From assembly GCA_964016885.1 (NCBI GenBank), contig OZ024740.1, forward strand, positions 316,510,001-316,574,000: a stretch of 64,000 bases of DNA, written 5' to 3'. The position numbers and the translations under genes are program-made. This document shows positions 1-13,327 of the stretch, one piece after another (the stretch's first letter is position 1; each line of letters opens with the position of its first letter). The notes below the pieces were generated by a model, which worked only from the letters and a program-made list of their open reading frames with translations, did no database searches and was not told where the DNA came from. Source of the DNA: Eledone cirrhosa. Lineage: Eukaryota.

Positions 1-41
1 CCATCATATATAGAACTATATTAAACTATTGGACACTACTA
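1..41 (+). repeat. 41-bp monomer, consensus copy CCATCATATATAGAACTATATTAAACTATTGGACACTACTA
   Basis: The sequence restarts exactly at 42. Composition A17 T13 C8 G3, no CpG. Copies usually differ from consensus by 0-3 substitutions. Confidence 0.99.
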
Positions 42-481
42 CCATCATATATAGAACTATATTAAACTATTGGACACTACTACCATCATATATAGAACTA
101 TATTAAACTGTTGGACACTGCTATCATCATATATAGAACTATATTAAACTATTGGACACTACTACCATCATATATAGAACTATATTAAACTATTGGACAC
201 TACTACCATCATATATAGAACTATATTAAACTATTGGACACTACTACCATCATATATATAACTATATTAAACTATTGGAAACTACTACCATCATCTATAG
301 AACTATATTAAACTATTGGACACTACTACCATCATATATAGAACTATATTAAACTGTTGGACATAACTACCATCATATATAGAACCATATTAAACTATTG
401 GACACTACTACCATCATATATAGAACTATATTAAACTATTGGACACTACTACCATCATATATAAAACTATATTAAACTATT

Positions 482-690
482 TTCCCACCTCTTTCTGTTT
501 CAACCAACCATAACTGGCCACTCATAATAAGTAAGGTATGGTTCTCAAAATAAATAATATCAAAATCTCATAGATTCGATATTACGTCAGGTAAAGCCTT
601 TATCATGAAAATATAATAGTAAATATAAAGTAATGTAAATACTAAAGTTTAAACTGTATTGAAACAACTACCATCATATATTAAACTGTT
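482..690 (+). repeat. 209-bp interspersed module, subtype A (marker CATAATAAGTAAGG); also starts at 4871, 7288 and 9100
   Basis: Begins TTCCCACCTCTTTCTGTTTCAACC after monomer AAACTATT. About 165 bp of non-monomer core is followed by a degenerate monomer tail ending TTAAACTGTT, and GGACAC resumes at 691. Confidence 0.95.
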
Positions 691-1592
691 GGACACTACG
701 GCCATCATATATAGAACTATATTAAATTATTGGACACTACTACCATCATATATAAAACTATATTAAACTATTGGACACTACTACCATCATATATAGAACT
801 ATATTAAAATATTGGACACTACTACTATCATATATAGAACTATATTAAACTGTTGGACACTGCTACCATCATATATAGAACTATATTAAACTGTTGGACA
901 CTACTACCATCATATATGGAACTATATTAAACTATTGGACAGTGCTACCATCATATATAGAACTATATTAAACTGTAGGACACTACTACCATCATATATA
1001 GAACTATATTAAACTATTGGAGACTACTACCATCATATATAGAACTATATTAAACTATTGGACACTACTACCATAATATATAGAACTATATTAAACTGTT
1101 GGAAACTACTACCATCATATATAGAACTATTTTAAAATATTGGACACTACTACCATCATATATAGAACTATATTAAACCGTTGGACACCACTACCATCAT
1201 ATATAGAACTATATTAAACTATTGGACACTACTACCATCATATATAGAACTATATTAAACTATTGGACACTACTACCATCATATATAGAACCATATTAAA
1301 CTATTGGACACTACTACCATCATATATAGAACTATATTACACTATTGGACACTACTACTATCATATATAGAACTACATTAAACTATTGGACACTACTGCC
1401 ATCATATATAGAACTATATTAAACTCTTATACACTACTACCATCATATATAGAACTATATTAAACTATTGGACACTACTACCATCATATATAGAACTATA
1501 TTAAAGTATGGGACACTACTACCATCATATATAGAACTATACTAAACTATTGGACGCCACTAGCATCATATATAAAACTATATAAAACTATT

Positions 1593-1801
1593 TTCCCCCC
1601 TCTTTCTGTTTCAACCAACCATAACTGGCCACTCATACTGATTAAGTTATGGTTCTCAAAATAAAAAATATCAAAATCTCATAGATTCGATATTATGTCA
1701 GGTAAAGCCTTTATCATGAAAATATAATTATAAATATGAAGTAACGTAAATACTAAAGTTTAAACTGTATTGAAACAACTACCATCATATATTAAACTGT
1801 T
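1593..1801 (+). repeat. 209-bp module, subtype B (TAAGTTATGG, AAAAAATATC, TATGTCAG, ATGAAGTAACG); also at 8317, 10211, 17000, 18525, 24238, 26173, 28553, 30488, 39538, 41063, 46776, 48711, 51091 and 53026
   Basis: Shared diagnostic substitutions. Always preceded by the variant monomer GGACGCCACTAGCATCAT...AAAACTATATAAAACTATT. Confidence 0.92.
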
Positions 1802-3149
1802 GGACACTACGGCCATCATATATAGAACTATATTAAATTATTGGACACTACTACCATCATATATAAAACTATATTAAACTATTGGACACTACTACCATCA
1901 TATATAGAACTATATTAAAATATTGGACACTACTACTATCATATATAGAACTATATTAAACTGTTGGACACTGCTACCATCATATATAGAACTATATTAA
2001 ACTGTTGGACACTACTACCATCATATATGGAACTATATTAAACTATTGGACAGTGCTACCATGATATATAGAACTATATTAAAATGTTGGACACTGCTAC
2101 CATCATATATAGAACTATATTAAACTGTTGGACACTACTACCATCATATATGGAATTATATTAAACTATTGGACACTACTACCATCATATATAGAACTAT
2201 ATTAAATTATTGGAAACTACTACCATCATCTATAGAACTATATTATACTATTCGACACTACTACCATCATATATAGAACTATATTAAACTGTTGGACACT
2301 ACTACCATCATATATAGAACTATATTAAACTATTGGACACTACTACCATCATATATAGAACTATATTAAACTTTTGTACACTACTACCATCATATATAGA
2401 ACTATATTAAACTATTGGACACTACTACCATCATATATAGAACTATATTAAACTATTGGACACTACTACCATCATATATAGAACTATATTAAACATTTGG
2501 ACACTACTACCATCATATATAGAACTATATTAAACTATTGGACACTACTACCATCATATATAGAACTATTTTAAACTATTGGACACTACTACCATCATAT
2601 ATAGAACTATATTAAACTATTGGACACTACTACCATCATATATAGAACTATATTAAACTTTTGGACACTACTACCATCATATATAGAACTATATTAAACT
2701 ATTGGACACTACTACCATCATATATAGAACTATTTTAAACTATTGGACACTACTACCATCATATATAGAACTATATTAAACTATTGGACACTACTACCAT
2801 CATATATAGAACTATATTAAACTTTTGGACACTACTACCATCATATATAGAACTATATGAAACTATTGGACACTACTACCATCATATATAGAACTATATT
2901 AAACTGTTGGACACTGCTATCATCATATATAGAACTATATTACATTGTTGGACACTACTACCATCATATATATAACTATTTTAAACTATTGGACACTACT
3001 ACCATCATATATAGAACTATATTAAACTATTGGACACTACTACCATCATATATAGAACTATATTAAACTATTGGACACTACTACCATCATATATAGAACT
3101 ATATTAAACTGTTGGACACTGCTACCATCATATATAGAACTATATTAAA

Positions 3150-6100
3150 CCGTTGGACACTGCTACCATCATATATAGAACTATATTAAACTATTGGACA
3201 CTACTACCATAATATATAGAACTATATTAAACTATTGGACACTACTACCATCATATATAGAAGCATATTAAACTATTGGACACTACTACCATCATATATA
3301 GAACTATATTAAACTATTGGACACTACTACCATCATATATAGAACTATTGGACACTACTACCATCATATATAGAACTATATTAAACTATTGGACACTTCT
3401 GCCATCATATATAGAACTATATTAAACTATTGGAGATTGCTATCATCATATATAGAACTATATTAAACTATTTTCTCCCCACTTTCTGTTTCAACCAACC
3501 ATAACTGGCCACTCATACTGATTAAGGTATGGTTCTCAAAGTAAATAATATCAAAATCTCATAGATTCGATAATATGTTAGGTAAAGCCTTTATCATGAA
3601 AATATAATAGTAAATATAAAGTAATGTAAATACTAAAGTTTAAAATGTATTGAAACAACTACCATCATATATTAAACTGTTGGACACTACTACCATCATA
3701 TATAGAACTATATTAAACTATTCGACACTACTACCATCATATATAGAATCATATTAAACTATTGGACACTACTACCATCATATATAGAACTATATTAAAC
3801 TATTCGACACTACTACCATCATATATAGAATCATATTAAACTATTGGACACTACTATCATCATATATAGAACTATATTAAACTATTGGACACTACTACCA
3901 TCATATATAGAACTATATTAAACTATTGGACACTACTACCATCATATATAGAACTATATTAAACTTTTGGACACTACTACCATCATATATAGAACTATAT
4001 TAAACTATGGGACACTACTACCATCATATATAGAACTATATTAAACTGTTGGACACTGCTATCATCATATATAGAACTATATTAAACTATTGGACACTAC
4101 TACCATCATATATAGAACTATATTAAACTATTGGACACTACTACCATCATATATAGAACTATATTAAACTTTTGGACACTACTACCATCATATATAGAAC
4201 TATATTAAACTATTGGACACTACTACCATCATATATAGAACTATATTAAACTGTTGGACACTGCTATCATCATATATAGAACTATATTAAACTATTGGAC
4301 ACTACTACCATCATATATAGAACTATATTAAACTATTGGACACTACTACCATCATATATAGAACTATATTAAACTTTTGGACACTACTACCATCATATAT
4401 AGAACTATATTAAACTATTGGACACTACTACCATCATATATAGAACTATATTAAACTATTGGACACTACTACCATCATATATAGAACTATATTAAACTGT
4501 TGGACACTGCTATCATCATATATAGAACTATATTAAACTATTGGACACTACTACCATCATATATAGAACTATATTAAACTATTGGACACTACTACCATCA
4601 TATATAGAACTATATTAAACTATTGGACACTACTACCATCATATAAATAACTATATTAAACTATTGGAAACTACTACCATCATCTATAGAACTATATTAA
4701 ACTATTGGACACTACTACCATCATATATAGAACTATATTAAACTGTTGGACATAACTACCATCATATATAGAACCATATTAAACTATTGGACACTACTAC
4801 CATCATATATAGAACTATATTAAACTATTGGACACTACTACCATCATATATAAAACTATATTAAACTATTTTCCCACCTCTTTCTGTTTCAACCAACCAT
4901 AACTGGCCACTCATAATAAGTAAGGTATGGTTCTCAAAATAAATAATATCAAAATCTCATAGATTCGATATTACGTCAGGTAAAGCCTTTATCATGAAAA
5001 TATAATAGTAAATATAAAGTAATGTAAATACTAAAGTTTAAACTGTATTGAAACAACTACCATCATATATTAAACTGTTGGACACTACGGCCATCATATA
5101 TAGAACTATATTAAATTATTGGACACTACTACCATCATATATAAAACTATATTAAACTATTGGACACTACTACCATCATATATAGAACTATATTAAAATA
5201 TTGGACACTACTACTATCATATATAGAACTATATTAAACTGTTGGACACTGCTACCATCATATATAGAACTATATTAAACTGTTGGACACTACTACCATC
5301 ATATATGGAACTATATTAAACTATTGGACAGTGCTACCATCATATATAGAACTATATTAAACTGTAGGACACTACTACCATCATATATAGAACTATATTA
5401 AACTATTGGAGACTACTACCATCATATATAGAACTATATTAAACTATTGGACACTACTACCATAATATATAGAACTATATTAAACTGTTGGAAACTACTA
5501 CCATCATATATAGAACTATTTTAAAATATTGGACACTACTACCATCATATATAGAACTATATTAAACCGTTGGACACCGCTACCATCATATATAGAACTA
5601 TATTAAACTATTGGACACTACTACCATAATATATAGAACTATATTAAACTATTGGACACTACTACCATCATATATAGAAGCATATTAAACTATTGGACAC
5701 TACTACCATCATATATAGAACTATATTAAACTATTGGACACTACTACCATCATATATAGAACTATTGGACACTACTACCATCATATATAGAACTATATTA
5801 AACTATTGGACACTTCTGCCATCATATATAGAACTATATTAAACTATTGGAGATTGCTATCATCATATATAGAACTATATTAAACTATTTTCTCCCCACT
5901 TTCTGTTTCAACCAACCATAACTGGCCACTCATACTGATTAAGGTATGGTTCTCAAAGTAAATAATATCAAAATCTCATAGATTCGATAATATGTTAGGT
6001 AAAGCCTTTATCATGAAAATATAATAGTAAATATAAAGTAATGTAAATACTAAAGTTTAAACTGTATTGAAACAACTACCATCATATATTAAACTGTTGG

Positions 6101-7780
6101 ACACTACTACCATCATATATAGAACTATATTAAACTATTCGACACTACTACCATCATATATAGAATCATATTAAACTATTGGACACTACTACCATCATAT
6201 ATAGAACTATATTAAACTATTCGACACTACTACCATCATATATAGAATCATATTAAACTTTTGGACACTACTACCATCATATATAGAACTATATTAAACT
6301 ATTGGACACTACTACCATCATATATAGAACTATATTAAACTATTGGACACTACTACCATCATATATAGAACTATATTAAACTTTTGGACATTACTACCAT
6401 CATATATAGAACTATATTAAACTATGGGACACTACTACCATCATATATAGAACTATATTAAACTGTTGGACACTGCTATCATCATATATAGAACTATATT
6501 AAACTATTGGACACTACTACCATCATATATAGAACTATATTAAACTATTGGACACTACTACCATCATATATAGAACTATATTAAACTTTTGGACACTACT
6601 ACCATCATATATAGAACTATATTAAACTATTGGACACTACTACCATGATATATAGAACTATATTAAACTGTTGGACACTGCTATCATCATATATAGAACT
6701 ATATTAAACTATTGGACACTACTACCATCATATATAGAACTATATTAAACTATTGGACACTACTACCATCATATATAGAACTATATTAAACTTTTGGACA
6801 CTACTACCATCATATATAGAACTATATTAGACTATTGGACACTACTACCATCATATATAGAACTATATTAAACTATTGGACACTACTACCATCATATATA
6901 GAACTATATTAAACTGTTGGACACTGCTATCATCATATATAGAACTATATTAAACTATTGGACACTACTACCATCATATATAGAACTATATTAAACTATT
7001 GGACACTACTACCATCATATATAGAACTATATTAAACTATTGGACACTACTACCATCATATATATAACTATATTAAACTATTGGAAACTACTACCATCAT
7101 CTATAGAACTATATTAAACTATTGGACACTACTACCATCATATATAGAACTATATTAAACTGTTGGACATAACTACCATCATATATAGAACCATATTAAA
7201 CTATTGGACACTACTACCATCATATATAGAACTATATTAAACTATTGGACACTACTACCATCATATATAAAACTATATTAAACTATTTTCCCACCTCTTT
7301 CTGTTTCAACCAACCATAACTGGCCACTCATAATAAGTAAGGTATGGTTCTCAAAATAAATAATATCAAAATCTCATAGATTCGATATTACGTCAGGTAA
7401 AGCCTTTATCATGAAAATATAATAGTAAATATAAAGTAATGTAAATACTAAAGTTTAAACTGTATTGAAACAACTACCATCATATATTAAACTGTTGGAC
7501 ACTACGGCCATCATATATAGAACTATATTAAATTATTGGACACTACTACCATCATATATAAAACTATATTAAACTATTGGACACTACTACCATCATATAT
7601 AGAACTATATTAAAATATTGGACACTACTACTATCATATATAGAACTATATTAAACTGTTGGACACTGCTACCATCATATATAGAACTATATTAAACTGT
7701 TGGACACTACTACCATCATATATGGAACTATATTAAACTATTGGACAGTGCTACCATCATATATAGAACTATATTAAACT
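3150..7780 (+). repeat. Higher-order duplication, period 2,417 bp (about 3150-5360 vs about 5570-7780)
   Basis: Modules 3473/5890 and 4871/7288 are both offset by 2417, with the same order of variant monomers (GAAGCAT, 31-bp monomer, CTTCTGCC, GGAGATTG). Confidence 0.85.
3473..3681 (+). repeat. 209-bp module, subtype C (TTCTCCCC, GATAATATGTTAGG); also at 5890, 22053, 27233, 31548, 32827, 34147, 44591, 49771, 54086, 55365, 56685, 59475, 62060 and 63626
   Basis: Shared diagnostic substitutions. Most copies are preceded by an ATTGCTATC variant monomer. Confidence 0.92.
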
Positions 7781-10700
7781 ATTGGACACTACTACCATAA
7801 TATATAGAACTATATTAAACTGTTGGAAACTACTACCATCATATATAGAACTATTTTAAAATATTGGACACTACTACCATCATATATAGAACTATATTAA
7901 ACCGTTGGACACCGCTACCATCATATATAGAACTATATTAAACTATTGGACACTACTACCATCATATATAGAACTATATTAAACTATTGGACACTACTAC
8001 CATCATATATAGAACCATATTAAACTATTGGACACTACTACCATCATATATAGAACTATATTACACTATTGGACACTACTACCATCATATATAGAACTAC
8101 ATTAAACTATTGGACACTACTGCCATCATATATAGAACTATATTAAACTCTTAGACACTACTACCATCATATATAGAACTATATTAAACTATTGGACACT
8201 ACTACCATCATATATAGAACTATATTAAAGTATGGGACACTACTACCATCATATATAGAACTATACTAAACTATTGGACGCCACTAGCATCATATATAAA
8301 ACTATATAAAACTATTTTCCCCCCTCTTTCTGTTTCAACCAACCATAACTGGCCACTCATACTGATTAAGTTATGGTTCTCAAAATAAAAAATATCAAAA
8401 TCTCATAGATTCGATATTATGTCAGGTAAAGCCTTTATCATGAAAATATAATTATAAATATGAAGTAACGTAAATACTAAAGTTTAAACTGTATTGAAAC
8501 AACTACCATCATATATTAAACTGTTGGACACTACAGCCATCATATATAGAACTATATTAAATTATTGGACACTACTACCATCATATATAGAACTATATTA
8601 AACTTTTGGACACTACTACCATCATATATAGAACTATATTAAACTATTGGACACTACTACCATCATATATAGAACTATATTAAACTATTGGACACTACTA
8701 CCATCATATATAGAACTATATTAAACTGTTGGACACTGCTATCAGCATATATAGAACTATATTAAACTATTGGACACTACTACCATCATATATAGAACTA
8801 TATTAAACTATTGGACACTACTACCATCATATATAGAACTATATTAAACTATTGGACACTACTACCATCATATATATAACTATATTAAACTATTGGAAAC
8901 TACTACCATCATCTATAGAACTATATTAAACTATTGGACACTACTACCATCATATATAGAACTATATTAAACTGTTGGACATAACTACCATCATATATAG
9001 AACCATATTAAACTATTGGACACTACTACCATCATATATAGAACTATATTAAACTATTGGACACTACTACCATCATATATAAAACTATATTAAACTATTT
9101 TCCCACCTCTTTCTGTTTCAACCAACCATAACTGGCCACTCATAATAAGTAAGGTATGGTTCTCAAAATAAATAATATCAAAATCTCATAGATTCGATAT
9201 TACGTCAGGTAAAGCCTTTATCATGAAAATATAATAGTAAATATAAAGTAATGTAAATACTAAAGTTTAAACTGTATTGAAACAACTACCACCATATATT
9301 AAACTGTTGGACACTACGGCCATCATATATAGAACTATATTAAATTATTGGACACTACTACCATCATATATAAAACTATTTTAAACTATTGGACACTACT
9401 ACCATCATATATAGAACTATATTAAAATATTGGACACTACTACTATCATATATAGAACTATATTAAACTGTTGGACACTGCTACCATCATATATAGAACT
9501 ATATTAAACTGTTGGACACTACTACCATCATATATGGAACTATATTAAACTATTGGACAGTGCTACCATCATATATAGAACTATATTAAACTGTAGGACA
9601 CTACTACCATCATATATAGAACTATATTAAACTATTGGAGACTACTACCATCATATATAGAACTATATTAAACTATTGGACACTACTACCATAATATATA
9701 GAACTATATTAAACTGTTGGAAACTACTACCATCATATATAGAACTATTTTAAAATATTGGACACTACTACCATCATATATAGAACTATATTAAACCGTT
9801 GGACACCGCTACCATCATATATAGAACTATATTAAACTATTGGACACTACTACCATCATATATAGAACTATATTAAACTATTGGACACTACTACCATCAT
9901 ATATAGAACCATATTAAACTATTGGACACTACTACCATCATATATAGAACTATATTACACTATTGGACACTACTACCATCATATATAGAACTACATTAAA
10001 CTATTGGACACTACTGCCATCATATATAGAACTATATTAAACTCTTAGACACTACTACCATCATATATAGAACTATATTAAACTATTGGACACTACTACC
10101 ATCATATATAGAACTATATTAAAGTATGGGACACTACTACCATCATATATAGAACTATACTAAACTATTGGACGCCACTAGCATCATATGTAAAACTATA
10201 TAAAACTATTTTCCCCCCTCTTTCTGTTTCAACCAACCATAACTGGCCACTCATACTGATTAAGTTATGGTTCTCAAAATAAAAAATATCAAAATCTCAT
10301 AGATTCGATATTATGTCAGGTAAAGCCTTTATCATGAAAATATAATTATAAATATGAAGTAACGTAAATACTAAAGTTTAAACTGTATTGAAACAACTAC
10401 CATCATATATTAAACTGTTGGACACTACAGCCATCATATATAGAACTATATTAAATTATTGGACACTACTACCATCATATATAGAACTATATTAAACTAT
10501 TGGACACTACTACCATCATATATTGAGCTATATTAAAATATTGAACACTGCTATCATCATATATAGAACTATATTAAACTGTTGGAAACTACTACCATCA
10601 TATATAGAACTATATTAAACTATTGGACACTACTACCATCATATATAGAACCATATTGAACTATTCGACACTACTACCATAATATATAGAATCATATTAA

Positions 10701-10839
10701 ACTATTCGACACTACTACCATCATATATAGAACTATATTAAACTATTCGAGACTACTACCATCATATATAGAATCATATTAAACTATTGGACACTACTAC
10801 CATCATATATAGAACTATATTAAACTATTGGACACTACT

Positions 10840-12990
10840 ACCATCATATATAGAACTATATTAAACTTTTGTACACTACTACCATCATATATAGAACTAT
10901 ATTAAACTATTGGACACTACTACCATCATATATAGAACTATATTAAACTATTGCACACTACTACCATCATATATAGAACTATATTAAACTTTTGGACACT
11001 ACTACCATCATATATAGAACTATATTAAACTATTGGACACTACTACCATCATATATAGAACTATTTTAAACTATTGGACACTACTACCATCATATATAGA
11101 ACTATATTAAACTATTGGACACTACTACCATCATATATAGAACTATATTAAACTTTTGGACACTACTACCATCATATATAGAACTATATGAAACTATTGG
11201 ACACTACTACCATCATATATAGAACTATATTAAACTGTTGGACACTGCTATCATCATATATAGAACTATATTACATTGTTGGACACTACTACCATCATAT
11301 ATAGAACTATATTAAACTATTGGACACTACTACCATCATATATAGAACTATAGTAAACTATTGGAAACTACTACCATCATCTATAGAACTATATTAAACT
11401 ATTGGACACTACTACCATCATATATAGAACTATATTAAACTATTGGACACTACTACCATCATATATAGAACCATATTAAACTATTGGACACTACTACCAT
11501 CATATATAGAACTATATTAAACTATTGGACACTACTACCATCATATATAAAACTATATTAAACTATTTTCCCACCTCTTTCTGTTTCAACCAACCATAAC
11601 TGGCCACTCATACTGATTAATTTATGGTTCTCAAAATAAATAATATCAAAATCTCATAGATTCGATATTACGTCAGGTAAAGCCTTTATCATGAAAATAT
11701 AATAGTAAATATAAAGTAATGTAAATACTAAAGTTTAAACTGTATTGAAACAACTACCATCATATATTAAACTGTTGGACACTACGGCCATGATATATAG
11801 CACTATATTAAACTATTGGACAGTGCTACCATCATATATAGAACTATATTAAACTGTTGGACACTACTACCATCATATATAGAACTATATTAAACTATTG
11901 GAGACTACTACCATCATATATAGAACTATATTAAACTATTGGACACTACTACCATCATATATAGAACTATATTAAACTTTTGTACACTACTACCATCATA
12001 TATAGAACTATATTAAACTATTGGACACTACTACCATCATATATAGAACTATATTAAACTATTGGACACTACTACCATCATATATAGAACTATATTAAAC
12101 TTTTGGACACTACTACCATCATATATAGAACTATATTAAACTATTGGACACTACTACCATCATATATAGAACTATTTTAAACTATTGGACACTACTACCA
12201 TCATATATAGAACTATATTAAACTATTGGACACTACTACCATCATATATAGAACTATATTAAACTTTTGGACACTACTACCATCATATATAGAACTATAT
12301 GAAACTATTGGACACTACTACCATCATATATAGAACTATATTAAACTGTTGGACACTGCTATCATCATATATAGAACTATATTACATTGTTGGACACTAC
12401 TACCATCATATATAGAACTATATTAAACTATTGGACACTACTACCATCATATATAGAACTATAGTAAACTATTGGAAACTACTACCATCATCTATAGAAC
12501 TATATTAAACTATTGGACACTACTACCATCATATATAGAACTATATTAAACTATTGGACACGACTACCATCATATATAGAACCATATTAAACTATTGGAC
12601 ACTACTACCATCATATATAGAACTATATTAAACTATTGGACACTACTACCATCATATATAAAACTATATGAAACTATTTTCCCACCTCTTTCTGTTTCAA
12701 CCAACCATAACTGGCCACTCATACTGATTCATTTATGGTTCTCAAAATAAATAATATCAAAATCTCATAGATTCGATATTACGTCAGGTAAAGCCTTTAT
12801 CATGAAAATATAATAGTAAATATAAAGTAATGTAAATACTAAAGTTTAAACTGTATTGAAACCACTACCATCATATATTAAACTGTTGGACACTACGGCC
12901 ATGATATATAGAACTATATTAAACTATTGGACAGTGCTACCATCATATATAGAACTATATTAAACTGTTGGACACTACTACCATCATATA
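10840..12990 (+). repeat. Higher-order duplication, period 1,111 bp
   Basis: TTTTGTACAC at about 10867 and 11978, and modules 11568/12679, are offset by 1111 with matching variant order. Boundaries approximate. Confidence 0.75.
11568..11776 (+). repeat. 209-bp module, subtype D (TGATTAATTTATGG, TTACGTCAG); the commonest subtype from 11.5 kb onward, e.g. 14655, 16135, 17824, 20169, 22631, 23373, 25472, 27688, 29787, 32085, 33405, 57345, 58497, 60053, 61041, 62638
   Basis: Shared diagnostic substitutions; not seen before 11.5 kb. Confidence 0.92.
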
Positions 12991-13327
12991 TAGAACTATA
13001 TTAAACTATTGGAGACTACTACCATCATATATAGAACTATATTAAACTATTGGACACTACTACCATCATATATAGAACTATAGTAAACTATTGGAAACTA
13101 CTACCATCATCTATAGAACTATATTAAACTATTGGACGCCACTAGCATCATATATAAAACTATATAAAACTATTTTCCCACCTCTTTCTGTTTCAACCAA
13201 CCATAACTGGCCACTCATACTGATTAAGGTATGGTTCTCAAAATAAATAATATCAAAATCTCATAGAGTCGATATTATGTCAGGTAAAGCCTTTATGATG
13301 AAAATATAATTGTAAATATGAAGTAAC

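Noticed and set aside
1-41. Telomeric repeat (minus strand TGATGGTAGTAGTG; C 8 vs G 3 skew)
   Set aside because: No canonical telomerase motif or G-tracts. A subtelomeric location cannot be judged from this window.
1-41. Avian 41-bp repeats (CNM, PO41)
   Set aside because: Only the length matches. The monomer lacks the alternating A3-5/T3-5 tracts described for CNM and I recognise no sequence similarity.
480-596. Cassette as a repeated exon (pyrimidine tract plus GT donor-like sites)
   Set aside because: The pyrimidine tract ends in CAAC rather than AG, the GGTATG site is lost in subtypes B and D, and I see no coding-type constraint on the variants.
482-690. Cassette as 5S rRNA, tRNA, snRNA or spliced-leader RNA gene
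   Set aside because: Very AT-rich, with no cloverleaf, no recognisable A/B/C boxes, no match to spliced-leader sequences I know and no convincing Sm site. An Rfam cmscan would be decisive and was not run.
2857-3066. 69-aa ORF MKLLDTTTIIYRTILN...
   Set aside because: It is a translation of the 41-bp repeat cycling through frames. The ATG comes from an ATT-to-ATG monomer variant and stops are bypassed by chance variants; consensus monomers hit TAA or TAG within 123 bp.
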